Shown: piece after piece, positions 19,007-28,988 of the stretch
Layout of the letters: every line of letters begins with the position of its first letter
How positions within the stretch are numbered: the first letter of the stretch is position 1
Assembly: GCA_013166775.1 (NCBI GenBank)
Contig: JABLTJ010000010.1
Span: 32,746 to 96,745, forward strand
From: Promethearchaeati archaeon
Lineage (GTDB): Archaea; Asgardarchaeota; Heimdallarchaeia; Heimdallarchaeales; Heimdallarchaeaceae
Reading direction: 5' to 3'
Length of the DNA: 64,000 bases
The notes under the pieces: model-generated
Database searches by the model: none
The model's input: the letters and a program-made list of their open reading frames with translations, nothing else
Told to the model about the DNA's origin: nothing
Made by a program: the position numbers and the translations under genes

Positions 19007-22000
19007 TTGATGACTCATTTTATGTTCAAAAATGAAATCATTTCAAAAATATTAACTCTAATAATTATCTCATTATTGATACTTGTATATCTACCTCAAA
19101 ATAGCATTCTAGATGACAATAAATCATTTTCCTCAGAGTTATTAGATAATTCAAAACAAGAGGGATTTGAAAACTATGAGAACGATTATTTGAAAAATAG
19201 ACCTTTTAGTTTTGCTTATACTCCAATAGATAATTTAACTGGAACTGGAGACAATCTTGTAGTGACAGATGAATTAGCAGTTTCTCATTCTGTAAGCTTA
19301 TCACTAACTTCAGGCAATGGATATTCTGATTCATATACAATATCCGGAATTTCAGGATTTACAAATCAAAATCTAGAATACGATTTATCTATTTCTTCAA
19401 GACGAGATGATTATATTATTCTTGAGTCAAGTATTGATAATAAAAATGCAGATTTAGATTCAAATCAAGTTAGAGTAGCACAAGGTTTTGAAGTTTATTG
19501 GGATTATGCTGTCTTTTATGGTGCAGATATTTACTTAGATGCAACTGGATCAACTTTAGGAAATGATCAGCTTGAATTGTTTGTAGTAAAAGCAGATGGT
19601 CTTGGACAACCAAATATGAGTGATATAAGAGCAATTGACTTAAATGGTCCTTATAATTCCTCCAACACAATCCCTGCAAGCTCAACTGGTAATTATGCAT
19701 ATTACGATTTTACAAATATCTCCTTAAGTGGAAATGCCATACTTGAAAATGGAAATTACTTCATAGTAGCTAATCTTTCATCCTATGATGTGTCAGCAGA
19801 TAACTTCTTTTGGGTTGGAGAACAAGGCGGTTCTGAAACTTATCCTAACTACCTACATGATGGTACTAGTTGGAGTCTTCCTAATGATGAAACAAGAGAT
19901 TTAATTGTGGATTTGAAACCATCTTACTCAAACGGAACTTCACTTGTATTTACAGATCCAACTGACGTATCCCTTCAAGATAATGCACAAGCAGTAACTT
20001 CACTCACACAGCAAATAACATCAACTGGTCTTCATACAATTACTAGTGATACTTCAATAGATATAAGCATGAATAATAGTTATCTATTCAGCAATGTTCT
20101 AAGTTGTATAGCGACCTATTACGCAGATAATTCCACATATCCCAATTATGATATTTCTTGGGAAATCATTTGGAATATCCCTCAAGTCGATCTCTTGTCT
20201 TACTCAAATCCAGTAAGGAACCACTACATCTTAGCTCCAAGCGATTGGAGTAATACTGTTTTTTCACTTTCATTAAACGATATACCTATCACCGTATTAA
20301 GAAATTTAGCAGGTTACGAATGTGATATTCAAATTCTATATTCAGGAAGTGAATATTTGGAGGGAGATTTCAAATTACAAACCTCGAGTCCTAATTATGT
20401 TACGAATACAGAGATTTCAGATGGTGTTCAAGTTACGAACGAATTTACTTTAGGTTATTGGACTACTGATACAATTGATGCATTCGGGCATGAAGGTTCA
20501 TCGGTTTTTGTGGAAGTAGGAATAAACGATATTTTGCAGAGCGGTGGAATATTGAATTTTACTCTATTTAACAGTGATGGGAATATCATTCCTTGGAAGA
20601 ACTCCAGTTTATTACCAGCGAATCTTAATTATATAGATACATCATATTATTCAGGACTTGGTTATTTCGATCCTGGAGAAAACGTTTTCAAACACAATAT
20701 CTCTATTGATCCTTCAATAAGTGAGAGTGATAAAGAAGGACAATGGACCGCATTTGTCCTGTGGCAAAACGGAACTGAAGTAGGCTTATTTTCAAGTTCA
20801 ATCGTTATAGGAAAACCAACTCTTGCTGAGTTTGCGTGGGAAGATACATTAGGTCAAAATGATATGACAAATGATACAATGATAGAATTAACTAGGATTA
20901 ATGGACATGGGATACACATAGAAGTAGATTATTACAATATAAGCGATCCATTCTTCTCTGGAATTGGAACGCCAATCACTCATGCAATTGTTAATTATAC
21001 TGCTAGCTGGGGAGATTCAGGATCACTTCCCTTTGTTGATACTCAATATGTTCTTGATATTATAACTGATGCACCCACTGGTGTCTATACAATAAACTTG
21101 ATTGCTTCAGGACCTTTCCTAGAAACTCAATCAATTCAAATTTCAGTAAGAATAGTTCATCAGTTTGAAATATCACCTGTACGTAACAGTTATGCTGTAA
21201 ACTATACGAATGAAGTTACAGCAATTTTCGAACTAAGGGATATTTCTTTTGGAAATGTTCTTGTGGAACCAGATAGCATTGTCCTAAAATTCAATGGTTC
21301 AACTTTAAGCGTTGCTGATTATACTTATAGTTTTGATAATCAAAGGATAAAAATAACAATAGATACAGGAGATATTCTAGGTTTATCATTAACTCCAGAT
21401 AGTTATACATTACTAGTTTCCGCAATCAAAACGGATTTTGTCTCTGATTATGGCATAGATACAGCAGTGGATAGTACAACGATTGTTGTAACAACTATTC
21501 ATACACACATAGCGATTGAAGAAACAGTTACAGAAACAGATTCTAACAGTCAAATATCAGTAACTTTTAGATTTGTTGATTTAAACCATTCTGTTGATAT
21601 AGAAGGTGCCTCAGTAGATGTAAGATTCGATATTGATGAAATAGAATTAGTTTCATGGAATGAGAATAACGGGTTATATACTCTTTTAATCAGAATAAAT
21701 GAACCCTCAATAGCTACATTAAATGTTTTTATTGACATTTACAAAACTGGTTATCAATCTCAGATGAATTTTCTTTTAAGTTCAGTTTCAATTAATCTCC
21801 CAACAAATGGCGGAGGAATACCCTTAGGGGTTCTAATTGGTATTATAGCTGGTATCGCTGTTGTTATTTTAGCAACAGTAGGTTATTTTGTATTCAGGCG
21901 AAGAATGCAAGCTACAAAGGATGTTAGATTAAAGTCAAGATCTAGAGCAAGAGCAATTTTCCAAAGTACTATGATGATCAAGAAAGTTATTGTAGTTCAT

Positions 22001-22582
22001 CATGAAACCAGTCTCCCAATTTTCGAAAAGGATGTAGATAAAAATGCAATTGTTGATCCATCAATTATAACAGGTGTACTGCAGGCTATCTCTTCTATTG
22101 GCACAGAAATGATAGGTGCCCCAACAGGTGTGAAAAAAATAGAATATTATGGTTTTGTCGTAACAAGTGCCTATAGTGGAGCTTACACAGTTTATGTGTT
22201 CTCTGAAACTGAAATAGAACCTGAATTTGAAACAGGTGTTGATAATATTGCAAGGTGGTTTGACTTAATTTTTGGTTATGATAGTGCTCAATGGGATGGT
22301 TCAATGGACATTTACAATGAATATAGAATCTCGATTGAGGAAAAAATTTCTGAAGAGTTATTTTTATGGATGCTATTTCCTATTCATGTTCCAGATAAAG
22401 AAATGGACTTAAATATTCTGAATCAAGTAGAAAAGGAAATCTTAGAAGCAATTACTCAAAACGCAAATATGACTGTAATTAAATTAGTCGATCAGTTAGA
22501 TAAATACGATAGTGAGGAAGTAATTTATCATCTTTTTAATCTTGTAGATTCTGAACACATAATAACAAGCTATACAGATTAA
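19007..22582 (+). CDS. single-pass surface glycoprotein with cytoplasmic longin-like + winged-helix tail (receptor-like R2)
   Basis: Collinear paralog of 13509..17078 (shared YTPI, QGFxVxWDYA, TxSPNY, LGYWT, WxNGTEVG, PFFSG); TM ~21818-21895; tail IKKVIVVHHETSLPIFE...IITGVLQAISSIGTE. Confidence 0.75.
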   Translation: MMTHFMFKNEIISKILTLIIISLLILVYLPQNSILDDNKSFSSELLDNSKQEGFENYENDYLKNRPFSFAYTPIDNLTGTGDNLVVTDELAVSHSVSLSLTSGNGYSDSYTISGISGFTNQNLEYDLSISSRRDDYIILESSIDNKNADLDSNQVRVAQGFEVYWDYAVFYGADIYLDATGSTLGNDQLELFVVKADGLGQPNMSDIRAIDLNGPYNSSNTIPASSTGNYAYYDFTNISLSGNAILENGNYFIVANLSSYDVSADNFFWVGEQGGSETYPNYLHDGTSWSLPNDETRDLIVDLKPSYSNGTSLVFTDPTDVSLQDNAQAVTSLTQQITSTGLHTITSDTSIDISMNNSYLFSNVLSCIATYYADNSTYPNYDISWEIIWNIPQVDLLSYSNPVRNHYILAPSDWSNTVFSLSLNDIPITVLRNLAGYECDIQILYSGSEYLEGDFKLQTSSPNYVTNTEISDGVQVTNEFTLGYWTTDTIDAFGHEGSSVFVEVGINDILQSGGILNFTLFNSDGNIIPWKNSSLLPANLNYIDTSYYSGLGYFDPGENVFKHNISIDPSISESDKEGQWTAFVLWQNGTEVGLFSSSIVIGKPTLAEFAWEDTLGQNDMTNDTMIELTRINGHGIHIEVDYYNISDPFFSGIGTPITHAIVNYTASWGDSGSLPFVDTQYVLDIITDAPTGVYTINLIASGPFLETQSIQISVRIVHQFEISPVRNSYAVNYTNEVTAIFELRDISFGNVLVEPDSIVLKFNGSTLSVADYTYSFDNQRIKITIDTGDILGLSLTPDSYTLLVSAIKTDFVSDYGIDTAVDSTTIVVTTIHTHIAIEETVTETDSNSQISVTFRFVDLNHSVDIEGASVDVRFDIDEIELVSWNENNGLYTLLIRINEPSIATLNVFIDIYKTGYQSQMNFLLSSVSINLPTNGGGIPLGVLIGIIAGIAVVILATVGYFVFRRRMQATKDVRLKSRSRARAIFQSTMMIKKVIVVHHETSLPIFEKDVDKNAIVDPSIITGVLQAISSIGTEMIGAPTGVKKIEYYGFVVTSAYSGAYTVYVFSETEIEPEFETGVDNIARWFDLIFGYDSAQWDGSMDIYNEYRISIEEKISEELFLWMLFPIHVPDKEMDLNILNQVEKEILEAITQNANMTVIKLVDQLDKYDSEEVIYHLFNLVDSEHIITSYTD

Positions 22583-22748
22583 TATATCTGTTAGATTAAA
22601 ACAAGTTCTGAACTACATCAAATCTGTGAAGATTCTATGAAAAAACTAATTTCATGTTTTGTCAAAAACACTTATATTTGGTTTTGTAGAGACTATACTG
22701 GGTTAGAGAAAACTGGGGTTAAAATGTAACTGATAAACAATACATTCA

Positions 22749-23459
22749 GTGATGGAACATAGATTTAAGGGGATTTTCTTGGTGGTAGAAGAAATATCAA
22801 TTTCTAAATGGAAAGGGAAAGCAAGGGAAATCTTTCAGAGTGTGTTCATGATAAGAAAGATAATTGTCGTACATCATGAAACTAGTTTACCCGTTTTTGA
22901 GCAAGATTTCTACGAAAATTCAAATATTGATTCTTCAATTGTGACAGGTGTTCTACAAGCTGTTTCCTCAATTGGAAGGGAAATTACAGGCTCTCCTACA
23001 AGTATCAAGAAGATAGAATTCCATGGGTTTGTAGTGACAAATGCATATAGTGGTGACTATACTGTTTATCTGTTCTCTGAAAGAAGTATTCATGAAGCAT
23101 TAGCAGATGGAGTACAGCATATCGCCAAGTGGTTCGATGTGATTTTTGGTCATGATGGGGCACAATGGGATGGTTCAATGGATCTGTTCAATGAATACAA
23201 AGTTACTATAAGAGAAAAAATTTGCAAGGAATTATTTCTATGGTTTCTCTATCCAATACATATTTCTGATTTAGATCCTGAACAAATAAAACCTCTTAGA
23301 CCAATTGAAAAAGATATTATATCGTTAATTAAATCAAGAGAAAGAGCAACTACTATGATATTGATGGATCAACTAAATAGTTACACAAATGGAGAGCTTC
23401 TTGAAGCTTTAGTACAACTAGTAAAATCCAATATAATCTTAACAAACTTTTGTGATTAA
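22749..23459 (+). CDS. soluble longin-like + winged-helix protein (S2), close paralog of the R2 tail
   Basis: AREIFQSVFMIRKIIVVHHETSLPVFE...IVTGVLQAVSSIG...AQWDGSMD...ELFLW; no TM. Confidence 0.75.
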   Translation: MMEHRFKGIFLVVEEISISKWKGKAREIFQSVFMIRKIIVVHHETSLPVFEQDFYENSNIDSSIVTGVLQAVSSIGREITGSPTSIKKIEFHGFVVTNAYSGDYTVYLFSERSIHEALADGVQHIAKWFDVIFGHDGAQWDGSMDLFNEYKVTIREKICKELFLWFLYPIHISDLDPEQIKPLRPIEKDIISLIKSRERATTMILMDQLNSYTNGELLEALVQLVKSNIILTNFCD

Positions 23460-23524
23460 TTTAAGTCCAATAAATTAATAAGCTTATTATAATAGAATAA
23501 GATAACATTTCATAAGGTTGTTTT

Positions 23525-23863
23525 ATGGAAAAAATGTTATTTGTAATATGGACAGCAAACAAAGGAATATTCACACATGTGATGATGAATGTTTTAGATT
23601 TTAAAGAAAAGGGATATGAAGTCGGTGTAGTTTTTGAGAGTGACGGATGCAAGCATATTAGTGAATTTGAAAGCAATACTAACGAAAAATTCGAGAAAAT
23701 GAAAGAATTGAAATTGATTTTTTCAGTGTGTAAAGCTTGTGCTAAAGGAATGGGTGCATTAGATTCAGCAAAAAGACAAAACTTACCAATTCATGATGAT
23801 TTATGGGGACATACTCCTTTGGAAAAATGGGTTGCAGAAGGATTCAAGATAGTATCAGTTTAG
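23525..23863 (+). CDS. DsrE-like family protein
   Basis: HVMMNVLD, VFESDG, VCKACA, GHTPL motifs. Confidence 0.75.
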   Translation: MEKMLFVIWTANKGIFTHVMMNVLDFKEKGYEVGVVFESDGCKHISEFESNTNEKFEKMKELKLIFSVCKACAKGMGALDSAKRQNLPIHDDLWGHTPLEKWVAEGFKIVSV

Positions 23864-23887
23864 AACAGTAAAAATGTTAGAACTAAT

Positions 23888-24844
23888 TTATCCTTTTACT
23901 AAGACTAGTACAACTCCAGCAATAGTCATAAAGACCCCAAACAAGCCGATAAGACTTGTTCTTTCTTTGTTCAAGAACCAAGTTACAGGTAATGCAAATA
24001 AAGGACTTGCAGCTGCAATTAAAGACATAAGCTCAGCTCCTGCTGATCTTGCTCCTTCTGCATAGAAAAATGCTCCAAGTGATGTGCCTATGATTGAAGC
24101 TACTATCAACCACACCCACGATTTTTTTGACCATTGACCAATTTGAACATAAGGTTTTCTCCATGCCATTAATAATAATAAAATAGCAGCAATTGGAAAT
24201 CTTGCAGCATTACCAATTAAACTACTCGCTGTTTCAGTGTTAAGTAAATCTGCTATATCATTTAGAACCCAATCTATTAGAACAACTCCTATCGCCCAAC
24301 TAATAGCAGCGAGTAAGCCAGCAATAACAGCTAACCATGTTGTTTTTTTTGAGATATTTTTCGTATCCTCTTCGATTTGTTCTTCATTATTTTCCTGTTC
24401 AAGTTTTTTGAGATTCTGTTCTTGACTTATAGCTATTAGTAAAACTCCACAAATTATCAAAAACGCAGAAATATAGAAAATATAGTGAATTTCTGAATGT
24501 AAAATGATTACTGAAAATAAGAATGTAAAAAGTGGAAAAGTCATTGAAATTGCTAGAGCTTTTGTAGTTCCTAGAGTTTTTTGAGCTTGAAAATAAAATG
24601 TGTCCCCTAATACTTGAGCACAAATTATGCTAGCAATAAGAAGTAACCAAATCTTATATGAGAATGTAAAAATTTCTACGAAGAATCCCATTATAGCTAC
24701 AGCTATTACAAAAGTTATTGCACCAATTGTTGTTCTTACTGCATTAATTTGTAATGGTGATGCAATTTTTTCCACTTTTCTAATCATGGAATTGGAAGTA
24801 GCAAAACACACTACTGCTAGTACTGCAAAGATTCTTCCATCCAT
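23888..24844 (-). CDS. DMT/EamA family transporter
   Basis: Two 5-TM repeats; GDTFYF...ISMTFPLF and AASPLFA...LNKER. Confidence 0.88.
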   Translation of the reverse strand: MDGRIFAVLAVVCFATSNSMIRKVEKIASPLQINAVRTTIGAITFVIAVAIMGFFVEIFTFSYKIWLLLIASIICAQVLGDTFYFQAQKTLGTTKALAISMTFPLFTFLFSVIILHSEIHYIFYISAFLIICGVLLIAISQEQNLKKLEQENNEEQIEEDTKNISKKTTWLAVIAGLLAAISWAIGVVLIDWVLNDIADLLNTETASSLIGNAARFPIAAILLLLMAWRKPYVQIGQWSKKSWVWLIVASIIGTSLGAFFYAEGARSAGAELMSLIAAASPLFALPVTWFLNKERTSLIGLFGVFMTIAGVVLVLVKG

Positions 24845-24891
24845 AAGAAATGCACTTTACTCGTAGTACTTGACTATTTTGGTGTATGTGG

Positions 24892-25155
24892 TTACTTTCT
24901 TGTTATTTTGAAAACAACTGGATTCTTATAATCAGGACAGCAGATAGTTACGCTTTCAGAGTCTTCTTCCCAAGGAAAACTTGATCCAATCCTTATTCCC
25001 AAAGCATATGGATAAATGGTATGAAAAGCAGCAGCACAAATTTGTCCTCTCTCTTCTGGGTATTTATACTTATCACCAATTTTATGACCAAAAGGACATG
25101 TACCAGCTTCCAATATTTTAACAACTTCAATCTCAACTTCGTTATCAATACTCAT
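24892..25155 (-). CDS. TIGR04076-family small Cys protein
   Basis: GTCPFGHKIGD...ICAAAF...CCPD..NPVVFKI. Confidence 0.8.
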   Translation of the reverse strand: MSIDNEVEIEVVKILEAGTCPFGHKIGDKYKYPEERGQICAAAFHTIYPYALGIRIGSSFPWEEDSESVTICCPDYKNPVVFKITRK

Positions 25156-25187
25156 GATTTCACAATCCTAATAAGGTAAACAAACTA

Positions 25188-25682
25188 TTATTTTTTTACC
25201 CCATAAAGTTTTTCTCTAATTTTTTTATCAGTCCAACCTGTAGCTCTTTTGAAAATCCAAATAACCTGACCTAGATGATTGCTTTCATGATTGAGAAGAC
25301 CAGCAATTGCTCTCTTTCTAGGACGTTTCCCGAAACCAGTATCAAGTATTTCTTCTTGTTGTTCATCAGTCATCTTTTCGATTCCTTCTTTAATTGCATC
25401 AGATATTCTGTGAAATTCTTTTACTAAATCTTCTAAAGAAACAGTATTATCAGGCAAAGTTCCATACTCAAATCCTAATTTTGTTTCTTCAAATCCAGCA
25501 TTTGGCACAAGATTTTTGAACCAATTGAGAACGGAAATTAAATGACGGAAGATTAACTCAGGAGACCAAGTGTCCTCACTGTAATTCTTGTGAAAAACTT
25601 CCTCTGGAACAAGTTTAAAAAGTTCTAAATGCTCGTTGCGATCCTCTTCAATTAATCTATAGTAATCAGCTAATGTGAACAT
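25188..25682 (-). CDS. DinB family protein
   Basis: WS..LIFRH and HESNHLGQV metal-site motifs. Confidence 0.85.
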   Translation of the reverse strand: MFTLADYYRLIEEDRNEHLELFKLVPEEVFHKNYSEDTWSPELIFRHLISVLNWFKNLVPNAGFEETKLGFEYGTLPDNTVSLEDLVKEFHRISDAIKEGIEKMTDEQQEEILDTGFGKRPRKRAIAGLLNHESNHLGQVIWIFKRATGWTDKKIREKLYGVKK

Positions 25683-25729
25683 ATCTTAAGAGAAAGATAT
25701 CAGTTTATAAACTTGATTGCGATAATATA

Positions 25730-26989
25730 TCACTTGAATTGAAACCAGAACCAGAAACACCAATATAAGATGATTAAAACAGCTCCAATAGCACTTGGAA
25801 TTCTTTTTTTACCTTCAAGAAGTTTAATTGCAGAGATATTGACAGCTCCAAATATTCCCATAAAGATTATACTTGCAATTGTTGCTACAATCCTGATATC
25901 AAAGAAAACAACAAAAAGCATACTAATGATTCCAGATAATATAATAGCTCTAGCAGGAACTCTAGTTTTTGGATTTATTTTTGAGATCGCAACAGGAATA
26001 ACTTTCTCATGTGAAAGCATATAGGAGAGTCTAGAAGATCCTAATAAGGTTGCATTAATCGCTGAAGCTGCTGAAACTATCGCTGCTATGGCCATAATCC
26101 ATTTTCCAGCTGATCCTAGAAAGACACTTGCTGAGACAGTGAGAATAACTTCCCCGTATGATTCTAAGTCAGAACTCCACCCTAGAACCCCTACAGTAAC
26201 TATTGCTACTGCAACGTAGATAATTAAAACAACTATTATGGAAAAATACATACCAATTGGTAGATCCTTCTTAGGATTCTTCATCTCTTCAACAGAATTA
26301 GATAGAATTTCGAAACCCTCCATAGAAACAAAAATCAAAACAGAACTTGCGACTAGTGAATAACCATCTCTTATGAAGAATGGATCTGTGAAATTATCCC
26401 TTTTAATTGCAAAAATTCCTACTAGTATGTATAAAATAAGAATAGAAACTTTCACTAAAACGAGAATATTTTGAGTCCTACTTGATTCTTTGATTCCTAT
26501 CAAATTTAATCCAATAAAAAGGACTACACTTAGTAATTGAAAGAAAAACGCAGAAGCTGATACTTGATAGAAGAACAAATCAAGTGTTCTATCTCCAAAG
26601 ATTTTCCAAACCTCCCCCAAATACCAACCAAAAGTCATTGCATACAAACTAACAGAAAAACTATAACCAAACCATAAAATGATACCTATAACACCAGACA
26701 AAGATTTTGATTTAAAAGCTTCACGGACATAAATAAAAGCCCCTCCAGCTCTTGGGTGTTTTAAAGCAAGGTGAACATAGCTATATGCTGTAAAAGCACT
26801 TACGATTCCTGCTAAGAGAAAAGCTAAAAACGCTCCGGGACCTGTATCTGCTATAACAATTCCCAAAACACTGAAAACTCCACCACCAATAAGTGCACCT
26901 ATAGCTATCCCTAGTGCTTCTTTTAATCCCAATTCCTTTGAAAGCTCAACAATATCTGAGCTTCCATTATTATCTTTATCGTTTGACAT
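25730..26989 (-). CDS. APC-family amino acid permease
   Basis: GALIGGGVF, PRAGGAFIY, FVSMEGFE, EEMKNPKK, SSRLSY. Confidence 0.92.
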   Translation of the reverse strand: MSNDKDNNGSSDIVELSKELGLKEALGIAIGALIGGGVFSVLGIVIADTGPGAFLAFLLAGIVSAFTAYSYVHLALKHPRAGGAFIYVREAFKSKSLSGVIGIILWFGYSFSVSLYAMTFGWYLGEVWKIFGDRTLDLFFYQVSASAFFFQLLSVVLFIGLNLIGIKESSRTQNILVLVKVSILILYILVGIFAIKRDNFTDPFFIRDGYSLVASSVLIFVSMEGFEILSNSVEEMKNPKKDLPIGMYFSIIVVLIIYVAVAIVTVGVLGWSSDLESYGEVILTVSASVFLGSAGKWIMAIAAIVSAASAINATLLGSSRLSYMLSHEKVIPVAISKINPKTRVPARAIILSGIISMLFVVFFDIRIVATIASIIFMGIFGAVNISAIKLLEGKKRIPSAIGAVLIILYWCFWFWFQFK

Positions 26990-27087
26990 TGGTACCCCAT
27001 TGGCTGAACAAATTAAAGCAAAAAATTTATAATTCTTGTTATTTAGTCAATATAATTCTTTTTCTGAGTCTATATATCTAAAATAGC

Positions 27088-28008
27088 TTAGGGCAAAGAA
27101 ACTACAACAAAGTAGTAAATAAATAACGCAACCACTGAAGCAAAAAGACTCCAGTGAACCTTCCTATTCCATGAAGACAAGTATCTACCATGAAGAATAC
27201 CAAATGGAATAAGTAGAACTACTGCCAAGAAAAGCATAAAGAAAGGTATGTTTGCTAACCCATCTAATATATTGTGATTAATAGAACTAAATCCTAAAAG
27301 TGAAATAATAATTACTTCCCAAATTAGAATCCAAACGATACCTACCATAGCTGTAATCCCTTTCTTCTTATCCTCCATCTCTGTTGTTCTAAAGGTTAGA
27401 AAAGTTGGGATCATGGTAAAAGGAATGAAAATCCCTATCAGTGAAATAACTGCTCCTTGCACCCATATTATATTCGTTGCACCAATTTTCTGTCTTCTAG
27501 CAGCAATATGCTGAGCTAACATATGCCCCCCAAAAACAATAAGTGTGGAAATGAAAGTTGTTAGGAGTTTCCATAGATAATCAGATGATAATGGAATTCC
27601 TTGCCAAAGACGAAAATCAAACAATTCATTCAGAGACAATACAATTCCTACAAAGACAGAAATTACCAAAACATTGTAAATATTCCTGCTAAAACTATAC
27701 AACGTGAAAAAAGAAGATCTCGTTATAAATCTATCTTGAGGTTCAACATAGACTGATTTCTGCTCAATATCACGAGGAGAATAATACTGCTTTTGTTTTC
27801 TACTTACCTTTTCTTTCTTTTCAGTAGCTTTGGGAATAACAGGACTAACCTTTGCTTTTCTATATTCATCAGTTTGATACATTCCTATCCTTGGACAATC
27901 ATGCTGCTCTGGTAGTCTATGTTTTGCACAATATGATTGATTACAAAGTTTACATTTAAAGGGTAAACTTTCTTCCTCTTTACAATCAGGATAAGAGCAG
28001 TTTTTCAT
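27088..28008 (-). CDS. AN1-type zinc finger fused to an M50-like membrane domain with degenerate active site
   Basis: CSYPDC...FKCKLCNQSYCAKHRLPEQHDC; HMLAQH in place of HExxH; LLIPFGILHG in place of NxxPxxxLDG. Confidence 0.75.
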   Translation of the reverse strand: MKNCSYPDCKEEESLPFKCKLCNQSYCAKHRLPEQHDCPRIGMYQTDEYRKAKVSPVIPKATEKKEKVSRKQKQYYSPRDIEQKSVYVEPQDRFITRSSFFTLYSFSRNIYNVLVISVFVGIVLSLNELFDFRLWQGIPLSSDYLWKLLTTFISTLIVFGGHMLAQHIAARRQKIGATNIIWVQGAVISLIGIFIPFTMIPTFLTFRTTEMEDKKKGITAMVGIVWILIWEVIIISLLGFSSINHNILDGLANIPFFMLFLAVVLLIPFGILHGRYLSSWNRKVHWSLFASVVALFIYYFVVVSLP

Positions 28009-28048
28009 TATTATACAAGGATTCTCATATACACTTAAAGAATTTGCT

Positions 28049-28921
28049 TTATAACATATGATGAATACAAACTCCAGTATTGAGGAGCTTATCTCTAATT
28101 TTGCTAGATAAAGGTTTGGAAATTTTCTTCAAGAGATTTCTTTGTTTCGATTTACCAATTATTACTAAATCGGGTTCATCCTTACCAGAAATAAATTTCA
28201 ACGAAGATAAAACTTTGTGACCAACAATAAACTTGGGTTGAACAATCTGTCCGAAAATATCCTCATATCTTTTGAGGTAAGTTCTAAATGAATTCTGTTC
28301 TTTTTTAATCTCCTTCTCTTTAAGAACTTCTCTTAGAGGTAATGCAGCAGGTACTGCAGCGATGTGATAAACCTTAACTTTGGCATTTTTTTGTGGTGCA
28401 GCAATAGCTGATGCCCATCTAAGAAGAAAAGGATCTCTTGTAGAATAAGGTAGTAAAACAGCTATGTTCTTTAGTTTATCAGAAATTTTCTTTAACGTAG
28501 GGGGAAAGACTTGAAGAATTTCAGTATGAATATAAGGTATTATTGAAGTTGAAATACTCTTAGTTGTCATTTTATCAAGAAGAGTGGGTCTTCTTCTTCC
28601 AGACATAATCACAAGATTATGCCTGTGTTTCTTCCAATATTCGATTATTGCTTCAGGAATATTCTTCTTATTCTCGATAATCAGGTCGTGTTCGATTTCA
28701 TATTTCGAAAGTTTTTTGAGATAATTATCGATGCTACTACCAACATCTGTTCCTATATGTAAAAGATCTATTTTTCCCCCATATTCATGTGCTATATAAA
28801 ATGCGATTTCCAACCCCATACACTCAAAATCTTGACCACCTATTGGCACTAAAATTCTATCAAGATTCAAGAAATAAACATCTTGAAAATCAGGGTGTAA
28901 TTTTGAGGGAATCCTTGACAT
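28049..28921 (-). CDS. tandem universal stress protein (two USP domains)
   Basis: RILVPIGG...NLVIMSG and IAVLLP...PDLVIIG. Confidence 0.78.
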   Translation of the reverse strand: MSRIPSKLHPDFQDVYFLNLDRILVPIGGQDFECMGLEIAFYIAHEYGGKIDLLHIGTDVGSSIDNYLKKLSKYEIEHDLIIENKKNIPEAIIEYWKKHRHNLVIMSGRRRPTLLDKMTTKSISTSIIPYIHTEILQVFPPTLKKISDKLKNIAVLLPYSTRDPFLLRWASAIAAPQKNAKVKVYHIAAVPAALPLREVLKEKEIKKEQNSFRTYLKRYEDIFGQIVQPKFIVGHKVLSSLKFISGKDEPDLVIIGKSKQRNLLKKISKPLSSKIRDKLLNTGVCIHHML

Positions 28922-28988
28922 TCTCTTGTTCGATAACGGTTAAAACTCATCTAATATAAAGATTATTCTAAAAATTTGTTAGAGCAAT

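Noticed and set aside
13509-22582. R1/R2 as plain S-layer proteins or histidine-kinase receptors
   Set aside because: They have a conserved ~230-aa cytoplasmic domain but no H-box/HATPase or kinase motifs.
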